Of a DNA stretch of 64,000 bases, positions 17,718 to 27,868 are shown piece after piece; within the stretch, counting starts at the first letter, position 1, and the number at the start of each line of letters is the position of its first letter. The notes under the pieces were generated by a model. That model did not search any database and had not been told where the DNA came from. It worked only from the letters and a program-made list of their open reading frames with translations. Origin of the DNA: Myxococcota bacterium. GTDB taxonomy: Bacteria > Myxococcota_A > UBA9160 > UBA6930. The DNA lies in NCBI GenBank assembly GCA_965223705.1, contig OZ245015.1:1952001-2016000 (forward strand). Direction: 5' to 3'. A program made the translations under genes and the position numbers.

Positions 17718-18992
17718 GTGAAGCGCGTGGTGATCGTCGGTGGGGGGTTCGGAGGTTTGACCGCCGCGAAAGCGCTCGGGGCCTCTGGTGAAGCCGACGT
17801 CACCGTCGTCGATCGGCGCAATCATCACCTCTTCCAGCCACTCCTCTACCAAGTCGCGATGGCAGGGCTCAGTCCGGCCGAGATCTCCGCTCCGATCCGC
17901 AGCTTGCTCTCGAAGTCGGCGAACACCTCCGTCCGCCACGAGCGGGTCCTCGCCGTCGACCCCGACCGCCGTTGCGTCACCACCGAAAGCGGTGAAATCC
18001 CCTACGACGTACTGGTGCTCGCCGCGGGCGCGCGGCACACCTACTTCGGCCGCGACGAGTGGGAGGAGCACGCGCCTGGGCTGAAGTCGCTCGAGGAGGC
18101 GACGGAGATTCGCCGGCGTGTTCTCCTGGCGTACGAGCGCGCCGAAATCGAATCCGACCCGTCGAAGCAGAAAGCGCTGCTCACGTTCGTCGTCGTTGGC
18201 GGCGGCCCGACGGGCGTCGAGCTCGCCGGAGCGCTCGGTGAAATGAGCCGCTTCACCCTGGCGGCAGACTTTCGGAACATCGACCCGACACTCGCACGCG
18301 TGATCTTGGTCGAAGCCGGCCCTCGGATCCTTCCGAGCTTCCGCCCCGCGCAGGCAAAGCGGGCCATGCGGGATCTCGAAGGCCTGGGCGTCCAAGTGTG
18401 GACGGCGAGCGCGGTCACGGGAGTCGACGCTTCCGGCGTCGATGTGGGCGCCGAACGCATCCAAGCGGCGACGACGCTGTGGGCTGCTGGAGTCGAAGCT
18501 TCTCCGCTCGGTCGGTCGCTCGGGGCACCCCTCGATCGGCAGGGGCGGGTCCGCGTCGAAGAGGATCTGTCGGTGCCTGGGCACCCGGAGATTTTCGTCA
18601 TCGGTGATCAGGCCCATTTCGAAGACGGCACCGGCGCGTTGCTCCCCGGTGTAGCCCCCGTCGCGATGCAGCAGGGGGACCACGTCGCGCAGACGATCCT
18701 CCGCGACCGCGTGGGAATGGGGCGGGAGCCTTTCCGCTACCGCGATCGCGGCCAGATGGCGACCATCGGACGCAGCAAAGCACTTTGCGATCTCGGCCGG
18801 GTCCGGTTCGGCGGTTTCCCCGCCTGGGTCGCGTGGTTGGTCGTACACATCTACTTCTTGGTCGGGTTCAAGAACCGCCTGTTCGTCGTCGCCCAGTGGG
18901 CGTGGTCGTACCTGACCTTTCGACGCGGCGCGCGCCTCATCGTGGCCCAGGATTGGCGGGAGAGTTCGTCACCCGGTGAGCGACGTGGTTGA
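17718..18992 (+). CDS. ndh: Type II NADH:quinone oxidoreductase
   Basis: VVIVGGGFGG, HLFQPLLYQVA, VVVGGGPTGVELAG, APVAMQQG, GQMATIGR. Confidence 0.92.
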   Translation: MKRVVIVGGGFGGLTAAKALGASGEADVTVVDRRNHHLFQPLLYQVAMAGLSPAEISAPIRSLLSKSANTSVRHERVLAVDPDRRCVTTESGEIPYDVLVLAAGARHTYFGRDEWEEHAPGLKSLEEATEIRRRVLLAYERAEIESDPSKQKALLTFVVVGGGPTGVELAGALGEMSRFTLAADFRNIDPTLARVILVEAGPRILPSFRPAQAKRAMRDLEGLGVQVWTASAVTGVDASGVDVGAERIQAATTLWAAGVEASPLGRSLGAPLDRQGRVRVEEDLSVPGHPEIFVIGDQAHFEDGTGALLPGVAPVAMQQGDHVAQTILRDRVGMGREPFRYRDRGQMATIGRSKALCDLGRVRFGGFPAWVAWLVVHIYFLVGFKNRLFVVAQWAWSYLTFRRGARLIVAQDWRESSSPGERRG

Positions 18993-18993
18993 C

Positions 18994-19611
18994 TCAGCTG
19001 GCTTCCGCACGGATTCGCACGAATGGGTCGTTCGCGGGCGCCTCGGTCACCTCGCCGACGGCGAAGCCGGCTTCGCCGAGGAGCTTCTCCGCCTCGGGAA
19101 CCGAGCGCAGGGTGTAGACCTTGGGCGGAAGCTGGGCGCGCGCCGCTTCACTGTCGGGTTTGAAGCCCAAGACAAGCGTGCCTCCCGGGCGAAGGACCCG
19201 TCGGATCTCGCCCAGTTCGAGTCGCGGCTCGCTCCAGAAGTACAGGACGTGGACCGCGATGGTGTGGTCGAACGAACCGCTCGGGAAGGGGAGGTGGGCT
19301 GCCGTAGCCTGCCGGATCTCGACATTGCCGCGCGTGATGCCGCCTCGGTTCTTGCGAGAGGCGAGGCGCACCATGACCCCCGACGGATCGACCCCGACGA
19401 TCCGTCCCGCGATTCCCTCGTCGGTCAGCGCTTTCAAGCCGGTTCCGTGCCCACAACCGATTTCGAGGACGGTGTCTCCCGGCTCGATCGGCAATGCCTC
19501 GCGCGCGAAGGCGTTTGCGGTGCGGGTGTCCCAGGCCATGACTCGTGCGACGACTTCTCCGACGAGGCCTTTCGGGTGACTCGATTGTCGTGCGATCCAC
19601 TCGGGTTTCAT
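18994..19611 (-). CDS. Class I SAM-dependent methyltransferase
   Basis: VLEIGCGHG, GVDPS, LPFPSGSFD, RVLRPGG. Confidence 0.88.
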   Translation of the reverse strand: MKPEWIARQSSHPKGLVGEVVARVMAWDTRTANAFAREALPIEPGDTVLEIGCGHGTGLKALTDEGIAGRIVGVDPSGVMVRLASRKNRGGITRGNVEIRQATAAHLPFPSGSFDHTIAVHVLYFWSEPRLELGEIRRVLRPGGTLVLGFKPDSEAARAQLPPKVYTLRSVPEAEKLLGEAGFAVGEVTEAPANDPFVRIRAEAS

Positions 19612-19655
19612 GGGGTCTCCAGTGCGCGGCTCGGCCGTCACCGCGGAGGGTAGTC

Positions 19656-20339
19656 TTGATCGAACCCCAGCGCGTCTCGAGCCTCGGCTGCGGACTGTTC
19701 GGCGGACTCGTCGCGTTCCTGGTGTTGGGCATCGCGTGGGGCGATATCCGCTTCAGTCTCGGGGTGGCGGGCGTTGCCGGCACCGCGTGCGCCTACCTCG
19801 CGAAACGTGTGCCGATCTGGGGCGCGCCCTCTGCGGTGATCTCGGGGAAAAACTTCGCGGAAGCCGAGCGCTACGCCGGTGTCCCCTACGGAATTGATCT
19901 CTCGCTCCTGCGCGACGCCAAGATCTCGCGCCGCGACAAGCTCTCCTTCGGTTGGATCCCGGTCCTGCTGGCATTCGCCCTGCTTCCGAGCGTGTGGATG
20001 CTGCTCGCGCTGGTCCTCGTGCCCGTGGGCTACGTCGCCTACGAAGTGTGCGGTGCGCGACGGGTCGCGCAGCTGCGCGACGACCGCGTCGACGTCGTCG
20101 GGACGGAACTCGTCTCTTGGTCGAGCCACGGCGAGGAGCGCGCACGGATCGACCTCGAGCGTCCCTTCACGTACGAGTACGTCTACAAGGATGAGTGTGC
20201 TGCCGTGTATCGCCTGAGGCAGGCCGACGCGGTGCTCGATTTTTCTTCCGAGAACGCCGACGCGCCGTGGTTGGCCAAGGACCTCTTGAAGGTCGAGTGG
20301 CCTCCGGTCAACCGCGGCGCTCGCAGCTTCGGCGTCTGA
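19656..20339 (+). CDS. Hypothetical membrane protein
   Basis: TTG start after GGAGG; about 4 hydrophobic segments, then a soluble C-terminal domain. Confidence 0.6.
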   Translation: MIEPQRVSSLGCGLFGGLVAFLVLGIAWGDIRFSLGVAGVAGTACAYLAKRVPIWGAPSAVISGKNFAEAERYAGVPYGIDLSLLRDAKISRRDKLSFGWIPVLLAFALLPSVWMLLALVLVPVGYVAYEVCGARRVAQLRDDRVDVVGTELVSWSSHGEERARIDLERPFTYEYVYKDECAAVYRLRQADAVLDFSSENADAPWLAKDLLKVEWPPVNRGARSFGV

Positions 20340-20342
20340 GAC

Positions 20343-21410
20343 CTACACGCTCTCGGCGAATGCCCGAATATCGCGGATGGTGCCCGCGTACACCTCGGGC
20401 ATCGCCCCGCGGAAGATGCAGTCGCCCGCGTGGCACGTTCCGTTCAGCGTGCGGCTCGAAGCCGAGACGCCCGCCGCCATCAACTTCCGGAAATACGCGA
20501 GGCCCTCATCGCGCAGCGGGTCGAGCTCGTTCACGGAGATCACGTGGGGCGGCAGACCCGTAAGATCCGACGGTTGTGCGACGTACGGCCAGCACAGCGG
20601 GTTTTCGCTGTTCGCACCTTCCGGATCGTAGGGTTTGGCGAGGGCACTCATGCCGCCGACGTTCAGCAGGTAGTCATTGTTTTCGAACAGGGACGGAAGC
20701 TCGGGGCTCGGATTCGTCCAAGCATTCGAGATGTACGGGCACTGCGCGTAGACGCCGGCGATCTTGTCGATCCATCCCTCGCGGTTGGCTTTGAGCGCGG
20801 TCGCGAGGGAGAGGTTCCCGCCACCGGATTCACCCGACACAATGATCTTCGAGACGCCGAGGGCGTCGCGGTTCTCGTGCACCCAGCGCACACCGCTCGC
20901 GCAATCGTTGAGCCCGGCCGGGAAGGGATGGTTGCCGAGCTTGCCGGCGCCGTTGCGAAACTCGACGCCGACGACGACCGCGCCGGTCGCCGCGAGCTCG
21001 TCGCGCCAGCGCACGTAGTTCGGGCCAGCGGCGCGCAGGATTACCATTCCGCCGCCGTGGGTGTGCACGACGCAGGGAAGCGGACCGCTCTTGTCCTTCG
21101 GCCGGTGAATGAAGAGCTCGATCTCGTTGCCGTCGACACCCTTGATGACCTCGGTGCGTGACTCGACACCGGGCACCGGCGGAAGATCGGAAAAAAGCAC
21201 CGCGTTGAGCGCCTCGAAGGCGGTCTCCGCCTCGGCGCAGTACGCGAGCAAGTCTTCGAGCGATGAGGATCCATCGACCGGCGCCGGTTCGGGCGCCCCG
21301 TCGAGGGCGAACGGCGCAAGTGCGGCGACCATGCGCGGATCGGCGCGCGGGTCGTCCTTCATCGTCATCGTCGGGTTGCTGAGTCGTCCGGGAAGCGTCG
21401 GTTGCGTCAT
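20343..21410 (-). CDS. HSL-family esterase/lipase
   Basis: HGGG oxyanion motif, GESGGG, DPLRDEG, TCHAG. Confidence 0.92.
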   Translation of the reverse strand: MTQPTLPGRLSNPTMTMKDDPRADPRMVAALAPFALDGAPEPAPVDGSSSLEDLLAYCAEAETAFEALNAVLFSDLPPVPGVESRTEVIKGVDGNEIELFIHRPKDKSGPLPCVVHTHGGGMVILRAAGPNYVRWRDELAATGAVVVGVEFRNGAGKLGNHPFPAGLNDCASGVRWVHENRDALGVSKIIVSGESGGGNLSLATALKANREGWIDKIAGVYAQCPYISNAWTNPSPELPSLFENNDYLLNVGGMSALAKPYDPEGANSENPLCWPYVAQPSDLTGLPPHVISVNELDPLRDEGLAYFRKLMAAGVSASSRTLNGTCHAGDCIFRGAMPEVYAGTIRDIRAFAESV

Positions 21411-21493
21411 GAAAGGCGTCCTCTCAGGTGGTGGTAGGCAGAGATTGCCTCGCCCGGGTCGACTTCGCCGCCCTCTCGCAGGACCCCGCGGGT

Positions 21494-21862
21494 TCAGACG
21501 TCCGCGAGCGGCACGATGCCCAGGATTACCGGCACGTCGCCCACGCTGCGGGTGATGTGGCCCTTGCCGGTGGTGTCTTCGGCGAAGACGACCGCGCCGG
21601 GGGCCAGGCGTCGCACCTCACCGGTTGAGCTTTCGAGCTCGACGTCGCCTTGGAAGAGCAACACGTATTGGCGGCGCGGCGCGGTGTGCCATTCGTAGTT
21701 CCAGTCGGCGGGCGCCTCGAGGAACTGGAAGCTCGTCGCGGCCTGCAGCTCCGCTCGGCCGATCCCCGTGTCAGAGGCGGGATCCGCCGGGCAATCGACC
21801 GCGATCGTCTCCAGGCGAGAGTCTCCTTTCGCATCCGTATAGATTCGAACGTATTCCGGCAT
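21494..21862 (-). CDS. Cupin-domain protein
   Basis: [10 protein letters not shown]...EDTTGKGH. Confidence 0.82.
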   Translation of the reverse strand: MPEYVRIYTDAKGDSRLETIAVDCPADPASDTGIGRAELQAATSFQFLEAPADWNYEWHTAPRRQYVLLFQGDVELESSTGEVRRLAPGAVVFAEDTTGKGHITRSVGDVPVILGIVPLADV

Positions 21863-21914
21863 GGTTTCTCCCTGGTACCCTCGGCGTCGAAATCCAACCC
21901 GAGGTCAGCGCGCC

Positions 21915-22064
21915 GTGTTTCCCGCCCCCGTTCGTCTCGCCATTATCGTCGGATGCATCGCATACGGGGGCTACCAGGTGGCCACGGGCGATTCTTCGGG
22001 CGGCTGGCTACTCCTCGCGGCGGCGATCCTCTCGATCGGACACTTTCGTCGCCACGAGACCTAA
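21915..22064 (+). CDS. Possible small two-TM protein (49 aa)
   Basis: VFPAPVRLAIIVGCIAYGGYQ...GWLLLAAAILSIG fills an otherwise empty gap. Confidence 0.4.
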   Translation: MFPAPVRLAIIVGCIAYGGYQVATGDSSGGWLLLAAAILSIGHFRRHET

Positions 22065-22621
22065 ATCATTTGGGGCACGCGTGTCAGCGTGTTCTCGTCG
22101 GTGTGCTCGAAAGGTGTCGCGCGGCCCTCGATGGTCATCACCGTGTTCTCCCAATAGTGGATCGTATTTTTGTCGACGCGTGTCAGGGTGACTTCGAAGT
22201 GATCGATGCGGAACCGTTCGCCTAGAAACGGGTTGCACGATACGCCGTAGATCGGGTCGCCCGGCTTGGCCACGAGGGTGAACTTCGATGCGTCGGGCGC
22301 GACCACGCCCCCGGCGATAACCGAAATGCCCCGCGGAACCGTGAAGCACCGAAGTACCTGGCTCGTCTGGGCGTCCCAAAGCCAGTAGCCCTGGTCCTCG
22401 TGGAAGGCGTCGCTCTCGTCGATGCGCCAGGCGCACGTCGAGTAGCGGAGCCCGAAGAGGGTCTGATCGTGGTTGTCGACCTGGCCGGTGGGCTCGAAAA
22501 CCATCCGTTCCCGGTAGAGGTTGACCTTCTCCACGCGCGCGTCGGCGGCGGGAGACACGTCTTTGCCGCCGTCGCCTTCCCAGACACCCTCAAGACCTTC
22601 CAGCGGGCCAAGCTCGCCCAT
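22061..22621 (-). CDS. Nitrobindin/THAP4-like (DUF1794) heme-binding beta-barrel protein
   Basis: LGPL..L.GVWEG, FHEDQGYWLW, C-terminal FEHTDENTL; SD AGGAG. Confidence 0.78.
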   Translation of the reverse strand: MGELGPLEGLEGVWEGDGGKDVSPAADARVEKVNLYRERMVFEPTGQVDNHDQTLFGLRYSTCAWRIDESDAFHEDQGYWLWDAQTSQVLRCFTVPRGISVIAGGVVAPDASKFTLVAKPGDPIYGVSCNPFLGERFRIDHFEVTLTRVDKNTIHYWENTVMTIEGRATPFEHTDENTLTRVPQMI

Positions 22622-22635
22622 ACCGTTTCTCCTAG

Positions 22636-22652
22636 ATAACAATCATTGTTAT
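22636..22652. promoter_or_regulatory. Perfect 8-1-8 AT-rich palindrome, probable operator
   Basis: ATAACAAT-C-ATTGTTAT in the divergent intergenic region. Confidence 0.75.
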
Positions 22653-22715
22653 GTAACGGACCCGTGCGCTTCCGTCCACTATGTTTCGCCGCCGAACTCC
22701 CGAGGGGCTGCCATT

Positions 22716-24290
22716 GTGATACCCGGAATCGATCCGAATCTGCGCTGGTGGGGCTGGTTCTTCCTCGCCTTGTACATCGCCGCCATGATGTTCTTCGGCT
22801 ACCTCGGGATGCGCCGTGTCCGCAGTAGCGACGATTTTGCCACGGCCCGCGGCGCCTACGGGCCGCTCTTTCTCGCCTTTGCGTTGACGGCGACCACGGC
22901 GAGCGGTGGAACGTTCATCGGGATTCCCGGGCTCGGGTACAAGGCGGGCTTTTCAGCACTTTGGTACGCGTTCGTCTATCCGCTCGGCGTGTACGCCGGA
23001 CTGCTCGTCTGCCTGCGCGGCATTCGGCGCGCCGGGTCGACGTTCGGCACGCGATCGATGCCCGAATACCTGGGCGATCGCTACGACTCGGAAGCGCTGC
23101 GCATCTGCGCCGCCGTGTTTTCGATGTTGCTGCTGTTCTATCTCGCAGGTCAGCTCCTCGCCGGTGCCGTGATGTTCAACAAGATGATGGGCGTCGATCT
23201 GTTCCCCGCGCTCTTCGTCACCGCGGTGATCATCATGGTCTATATCGTGATCGGCGGCGCGCATGCGGACATCCTGACCGACGGTGTGCAGGGTGCGCTG
23301 ATGCTCCTGTTGGCCGTCGCCGTGTTGTTCATGTTCACCCAAGGGTTTGGAATCGAAGGCGGCTACTCGGGGATGGTGTCGAAGCTTCGCGCACTCGATC
23401 CCGATCTCACGAAGCCGCTCCACCCCACCCATCCCGTCCTGAATTCGCGGTGGGACGTGTTCGCGCTCTTCATGATGCACGCCCCTCTGGGCCTGCTGCC
23501 CCACATTGGCAACAAGCTGTGGGCACTGAGGAATGATCGCGATCAGAACCGCTTCATCATCTTCTCGTTCACCTTCGGCATGCTGCTCCCGTGCATTGCG
23601 CTCGGCGGTATCGCGGCCCGCGCTGTGCTCGGCGACGCGCTGCTGGTCGAAGGCGCGAGCGCGAACGACGCCATCCCCGCACTCTTCATCGCGACGATGC
23701 CCAGCTGGCTCGCTGCGTTGATCGGAGCGGGTGTGCTCGCGGCCATCATGTCGACGGCGGATGGCCTCATCGTCTCGACGTCGCAGATCTTCGCGAACGA
23801 CATCTACCGCCGGACGCTTGTCCCGAGGATGGAACAACCGCCCGCCGAGCAGTCCATCGACCGTGTGGCGCTCACGATCAGCCGAATCGGCTCTGTCGCG
23901 GTCGTCGGTGGCTCGATGTGGCTCGCGTGGGAATCCAAGGATATGAACGTCGCGCTGCTGATCGCCGCGGGCGTCGGTGGGATGATCGCGGCGATCTGTG
24001 GTCCGATCTTCGCGGGAATCCTCTGGCGGGGAGCGACGAAGGCCGGCGCGATCGCGGGCTTCGTCGCCGGGGGAGCTTCGTTCATCATTCTGAAGACCGG
24101 TTGGCTCGACGCCGCTTGGTTCGCCGGCGGGCCGCTCCAGGTGGCCGGCGGTTGGCTGGCGGGGCAAGCACCGAACGCTTTCTCGTGCGGCACGCTCGGC
24201 GCGTTGGTGTCGATCGCGGTGGTGGTCGTCGTCTCGTGGTTCACGCCGCGCCCCAGTGAAGAGCATCTGCAGCGCGTTTTCGGTGGTTGA
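22716..24290 (+). CDS. Sodium:solute symporter (SSS, PanF/PutP-like)
   Basis: ATTASGGTFIGIPG, EYLGDRYDS, TDGVQG, LAAIMSTADG; multiple TMs. Confidence 0.9.
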   Translation: MIPGIDPNLRWWGWFFLALYIAAMMFFGYLGMRRVRSSDDFATARGAYGPLFLAFALTATTASGGTFIGIPGLGYKAGFSALWYAFVYPLGVYAGLLVCLRGIRRAGSTFGTRSMPEYLGDRYDSEALRICAAVFSMLLLFYLAGQLLAGAVMFNKMMGVDLFPALFVTAVIIMVYIVIGGAHADILTDGVQGALMLLLAVAVLFMFTQGFGIEGGYSGMVSKLRALDPDLTKPLHPTHPVLNSRWDVFALFMMHAPLGLLPHIGNKLWALRNDRDQNRFIIFSFTFGMLLPCIALGGIAARAVLGDALLVEGASANDAIPALFIATMPSWLAALIGAGVLAAIMSTADGLIVSTSQIFANDIYRRTLVPRMEQPPAEQSIDRVALTISRIGSVAVVGGSMWLAWESKDMNVALLIAAGVGGMIAAICGPIFAGILWRGATKAGAIAGFVAGGASFIILKTGWLDAAWFAGGPLQVAGGWLAGQAPNAFSCGTLGALVSIAVVVVVSWFTPRPSEEHLQRVFGG

Positions 24291-24323
24291 GAAGGAGAAC
24301 CCCACGCAATCACGGGAAGGTTG

Positions 24324-24953
24324 ATGGACGAGAGGAACTCCGCCGACGCTGCCCTGCGACGCGCGTTTCCAGGGCTCTACATCACTCTGGTGAGTATCGT
24401 GATCGCGCTCGCGATCGAGGGGTTGCTCGGTCGACTCGACGAGCTCGGCTCGTGGGGCCGAGGCACGGCCCGCGTTGTTCTCGTCATGCAGGTCGTTCAC
24501 ATCGTGTGCACGGCGTCGCTTTTTTGGTGGGTGTCCGCGCGCTGGGTGACGTCGGTCCCGTGGCCTTTCGGCGTCTTCGATGGCTTCAGCACGATCATCA
24601 TGCTCATCAGCTTTCACTACCTGAGTCAGAGTGTCGGGGGCTCCTTCTCAGAATGGCTGGCGATCTTCGGCATCTTCTCGCTGCTTGTAGCGTTCGCCTA
24701 TGGTCTCAATGGCCATCGGGGCCTGGTCGTGAACCGTCGGACGGACGTCGACGCGCAGCTCCTCATTCCCACGGGCATTGCCATCGGCAACGGCGTGGCG
24801 ATGCTCGCCTTGGCCTGGTGGTTCCGCGCCGGATCGTCCGGGTCTCAGCAAATTGCGATCCTCGTTTTCGTCCTGTTGCAGCTAGCGGCGTTCGGCCTTG
24901 CCGACTACCGCGTGTGGGTCAGGGCCGCGAACCCGAAGGAAAGCGTGGGCTAG
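24324..24953 (+). CDS. Hypothetical membrane protein
   Basis: About 6 hydrophobic segments; lies directly downstream of the SSS gene. Confidence 0.7.
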   Translation: MDERNSADAALRRAFPGLYITLVSIVIALAIEGLLGRLDELGSWGRGTARVVLVMQVVHIVCTASLFWWVSARWVTSVPWPFGVFDGFSTIIMLISFHYLSQSVGGSFSEWLAIFGIFSLLVAFAYGLNGHRGLVVNRRTDVDAQLLIPTGIAIGNGVAMLALAWWFRAGSSGSQQIAILVFVLLQLAAFGLADYRVWVRAANPKESVG

Positions 24954-25004
24954 CTACGCTTTCTCGCGTCGCGTACCCTCGCCCAGCCCCGAAGGAGGTT
25001 CCCC

Positions 25005-25769
25005 ATGATTGACGTTCACTACTGGCCGACCCCGAACGGTTGGAAGGTGACGATCATGCTCGAAGAGTGCGGGCTCGACTACAAGATCGTGCCCGTGGAC
25101 ATCGGGGGTGGGGATCAATTCAAGCCCGAGTTTCTTCGACTGAGTCCGAACAACCGGATGCCCGCCATCGTCGACCACGAGCCTCTGGGCGGGGGGGAAC
25201 CGCTGGCGCTCTTCGAGTCCGGCGCGATCCTCGAGTACTTGGCCGACAAGACGGGGAAGTTCCTGTCCAAGGAACCCGCGCAGCGTTACAAAGAGCTTCA
25301 GTGGGTCCATTGGCAGATGGCGAATCTCGGCCCGATGATGGGCAACGCGAACCACTTCAAGAACTACGCAAAGAATCTGACGGACGACCCGAAGCAACTC
25401 GAGTACGGGACGCGGCGTTTCGTGGGCGAGGTGGATCGTCTGTCCGGTGTGATGGACGCCCAGCTTTCGGTGTATCCGTTCCTGGGCGGCCCGGACTACA
25501 GCATCGCGGATATCATCACGTGGCCCTGGGCGATGCTGCTGCCGCGCTTGTTCGACGAGAGCGTGCTCGACGGCTTCCCGCATCTCAAGAACTGGATCGA
25601 TCGAGTCCGCGAACGGCCGGCGGTGGAAACGGGCTACCGGGTCGGCCGAGAGCTCGGCGAGGTCGAGCGGACCGAGGCGGAAGAGAAAGCGCGGCGAGAG
25701 CTGCTGTTTAACCAAAACAACGAAAAGGTCAGGCAGGCGCGCGAAGCCGCAATTCGCGCCGGCGCCTAG
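25005..25769 (+). CDS. Glutathione S-transferase (YfcG/YghU nu-class-like)
   Basis: WPTPNGWKV, SPNNRMPAI, FESGAILEYL, YSIADI; SD AGGAGG. Confidence 0.92.
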   Translation: MIDVHYWPTPNGWKVTIMLEECGLDYKIVPVDIGGGDQFKPEFLRLSPNNRMPAIVDHEPLGGGEPLALFESGAILEYLADKTGKFLSKEPAQRYKELQWVHWQMANLGPMMGNANHFKNYAKNLTDDPKQLEYGTRRFVGEVDRLSGVMDAQLSVYPFLGGPDYSIADIITWPWAMLLPRLFDESVLDGFPHLKNWIDRVRERPAVETGYRVGRELGEVERTEAEEKARRELLFNQNNEKVRQAREAAIRAGA

Positions 25770-25783
25770 TTGGAGAAAGAGCA

Positions 25784-26239
25784 TTGGCGGAAGAGCAGGA
25801 CGAGCGCCTCATCGCGGAAGCGCCCGACAGTGGAATCTACGAAGGTGAAGAAAAGAACGGTCAGCGCCACGGTCAGGGCACATTGTTCTGGGCCGTCGAC
25901 CAAAAGCGGTATGTAGGCGGCTGGAAGGACGGCAAGCGCCACGGCGAGGGCAGCTCGTTCCTCACCGACGGCTTCCAAATCTACGAGGGAGGCTGGGCGA
26001 ACGATCTGCGAGAAGGTCAGGGCACCTACACCTGGCCCGACGGCGATCACTACGTCGGCGAGTGGAAAGAAGGAAAGTGCCACGGCAAGGGCACGCTATA
26101 CCGCGGCGACAAGACCATTATGTACGAAGGCGACTGGGTCGCGGGCAAGCGCGAAGGCCACGGCACGTCGTACCGGCTGAACGGAACCGTCATCCACGAA
26201 GGCGAGTGGAAGAACGGCAACGCGGTCAAGAAGAAGTAG
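25784..26239 (+). CDS. MORN-repeat protein
   Basis: Repeated Y.G.W..G.R.G.G units (about 6). Confidence 0.9.
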   Translation: MAEEQDERLIAEAPDSGIYEGEEKNGQRHGQGTLFWAVDQKRYVGGWKDGKRHGEGSSFLTDGFQIYEGGWANDLREGQGTYTWPDGDHYVGEWKEGKCHGKGTLYRGDKTIMYEGDWVAGKREGHGTSYRLNGTVIHEGEWKNGNAVKKK

Positions 26240-26260
26240 CTACTCCCGAATCGGGGATCG

Positions 26261-27478
26261 ATGACGACAGAACTGCCCGACAACGTGGTGGCTCCCGAGG
26301 CCGTTCGGGACCCGCACACCTTCTTTCGGCGGTTGCGGGAAGAATCTCCGATTCACTGGGCGCAGGGTCACCGCGCCTGGATCGTCACCCGCTACAAAGA
26401 CGTCATGGCCGGCATGGGCGACGACCGCCTGTCGACCGACAACATGAAGGCGCAAGAGCAGCGGCTCTCCGCCGAAGATCGCGCCCGTTTCGCGCCGGCA
26501 GCAAAGCTCCTCGAGGGCTGGATGATCTTCCGGGATCCGCCGGTCCACACGAAACTCCGCGCGCCGGTTCGAACGGCGTTCAAACCGCGCGCCGTTGCGG
26601 CCCTCTCCGCAGGTCTCGAAGCTCGTGTCGACGAACTCCTGGAGGAGATGGCCGAGACGTCGCCGTGCAGCGTGATCCGCAAGCTCGCATTTCCGCTTCC
26701 CGCCGACGCGATCGCGATGCTCCTCGGCGTTCCGGGTGAACGCCGGAACGATTTTCGTCGCTGGTCCCGTATGTTGGGCGGCCTCGTCATGGGAAAGACC
26801 GAGCGGACGGACCGCTGGGAACGCGCACTCGGCGCCGAGCGCAACTTCTCCGCACTGTTCGGTGACCTCATCGAGCGCTATGAGAAGAAACCGGAAGACA
26901 ACCTCATCAGCGAACTCATTCGAGCACGCGACGCCGGTGAATATCTCGATCCCGATCAGATGATCGGCGCTTGCACCCTCATCTTGTTCGCCGGGCACGA
27001 AACCACCGCAAACCTCATCGGAAGCGGAACGTTGGCGCTTCTCAGGAACCCGGCGGAACTCGAACGACTTCGCGCCGAACCCGAGCTCATCGAAAGCGCT
27101 GTCGAGGAGATGCTCCGCTACGACGGGCCCTCGAAGGTCAACGTCCGGCGTGTGCGAGAATCGTTCGACTTCGAAGGGCACCCGTTCGAGAAGGGCCAGA
27201 AAGTCTTCTTGTCGACGGCCGCGGCCAATCACGATCCCGAAGAGTTTCCCGATCCCGACCGCTTCGACATCGGTCGTTCGCCCAACCGCCACCTGGGTTT
27301 CGGCTGGGGACGACACTTTTGCCTCGGGGCCCAGCTGGCCCGGCTCGAGACGCAAATTGCGATTCGAAAGCTCATCGAGCGCTTCCCGAAGCTCGCACTG
27401 GCCCCTCAAGAGCTCGCCTGGGAGCCGATTATCCTGGGCCGCTCGCTCAAGGCGCTCGACGTGTTGCCGAACGGCTAG
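26261..27478 (+). CDS. Cytochrome P450
   Basis: AGHETT, EMLR (ExxR), FGWGRHFCLG heme motif. Confidence 0.96.
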   Translation: MTTELPDNVVAPEAVRDPHTFFRRLREESPIHWAQGHRAWIVTRYKDVMAGMGDDRLSTDNMKAQEQRLSAEDRARFAPAAKLLEGWMIFRDPPVHTKLRAPVRTAFKPRAVAALSAGLEARVDELLEEMAETSPCSVIRKLAFPLPADAIAMLLGVPGERRNDFRRWSRMLGGLVMGKTERTDRWERALGAERNFSALFGDLIERYEKKPEDNLISELIRARDAGEYLDPDQMIGACTLILFAGHETTANLIGSGTLALLRNPAELERLRAEPELIESAVEEMLRYDGPSKVNVRRVRESFDFEGHPFEKGQKVFLSTAAANHDPEEFPDPDRFDIGRSPNRHLGFGWGRHFCLGAQLARLETQIAIRKLIERFPKLALAPQELAWEPIILGRSLKALDVLPNG

Positions 27479-27482
27479 GCGC

Positions 27483-27866
27483 TTAGCGAGAGCGCGTTTC
27501 GCTGACGATCAGCTCGAAACGCCCATTCGGTCCGATGTGCCAGGAAGCGAGCCAGCTCGTAAAGCTCACGATGAGCGAACCCAACAGGCCGGATCCCAGG
27601 CCCGCGACCGAGAAGTCGTCGAGCAACCAGGCGACCAAGCCGAGCATGCCGGCGTTGATCACCCACAGGAAGAGTCCCAAGGTGACGACCGTGATCGGTA
27701 GCGTCAGCAGAATGACAACCGGTCGGACGACGGCGTTGACGATACCGAGCAGGAACGCGGCCAGGGCCAAGGTTCCGAAGCCTTCGATGTGGATGCCGCC
27801 GATGAGCCATGCGGCGAGCCACAGCCCACCGGCGGTGATTGCGGTGCGCGTCAGGAACCCGGACAT
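27483..27866 (-). CDS. YvlD/DUF360 (4-TM holin-like) membrane protein
   Basis: LGIVNAVVRPV..LLTLP....TLGLF.WVINA. Confidence 0.85.
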   Translation of the reverse strand: MSGFLTRTAITAGGLWLAAWLIGGIHIEGFGTLALAAFLLGIVNAVVRPVVILLTLPITVVTLGLFLWVINAGMLGLVAWLLDDFSVAGLGSGLLGSLIVSFTSWLASWHIGPNGRFELIVSETRSR

Positions 27867-27868
27867 CG

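Noticed and set aside
25784..26239. DNA tandem repeat or diversity-generating target
   Set aside because: The periodicity is explained by protein-level MORN repeats; there is no reverse transcriptase or template repeat.
27483..27866. Holin-family gene as evidence of a prophage
   Set aside because: YvlD/DUF360 proteins are common chromosomal genes, and no phage genes are nearby.
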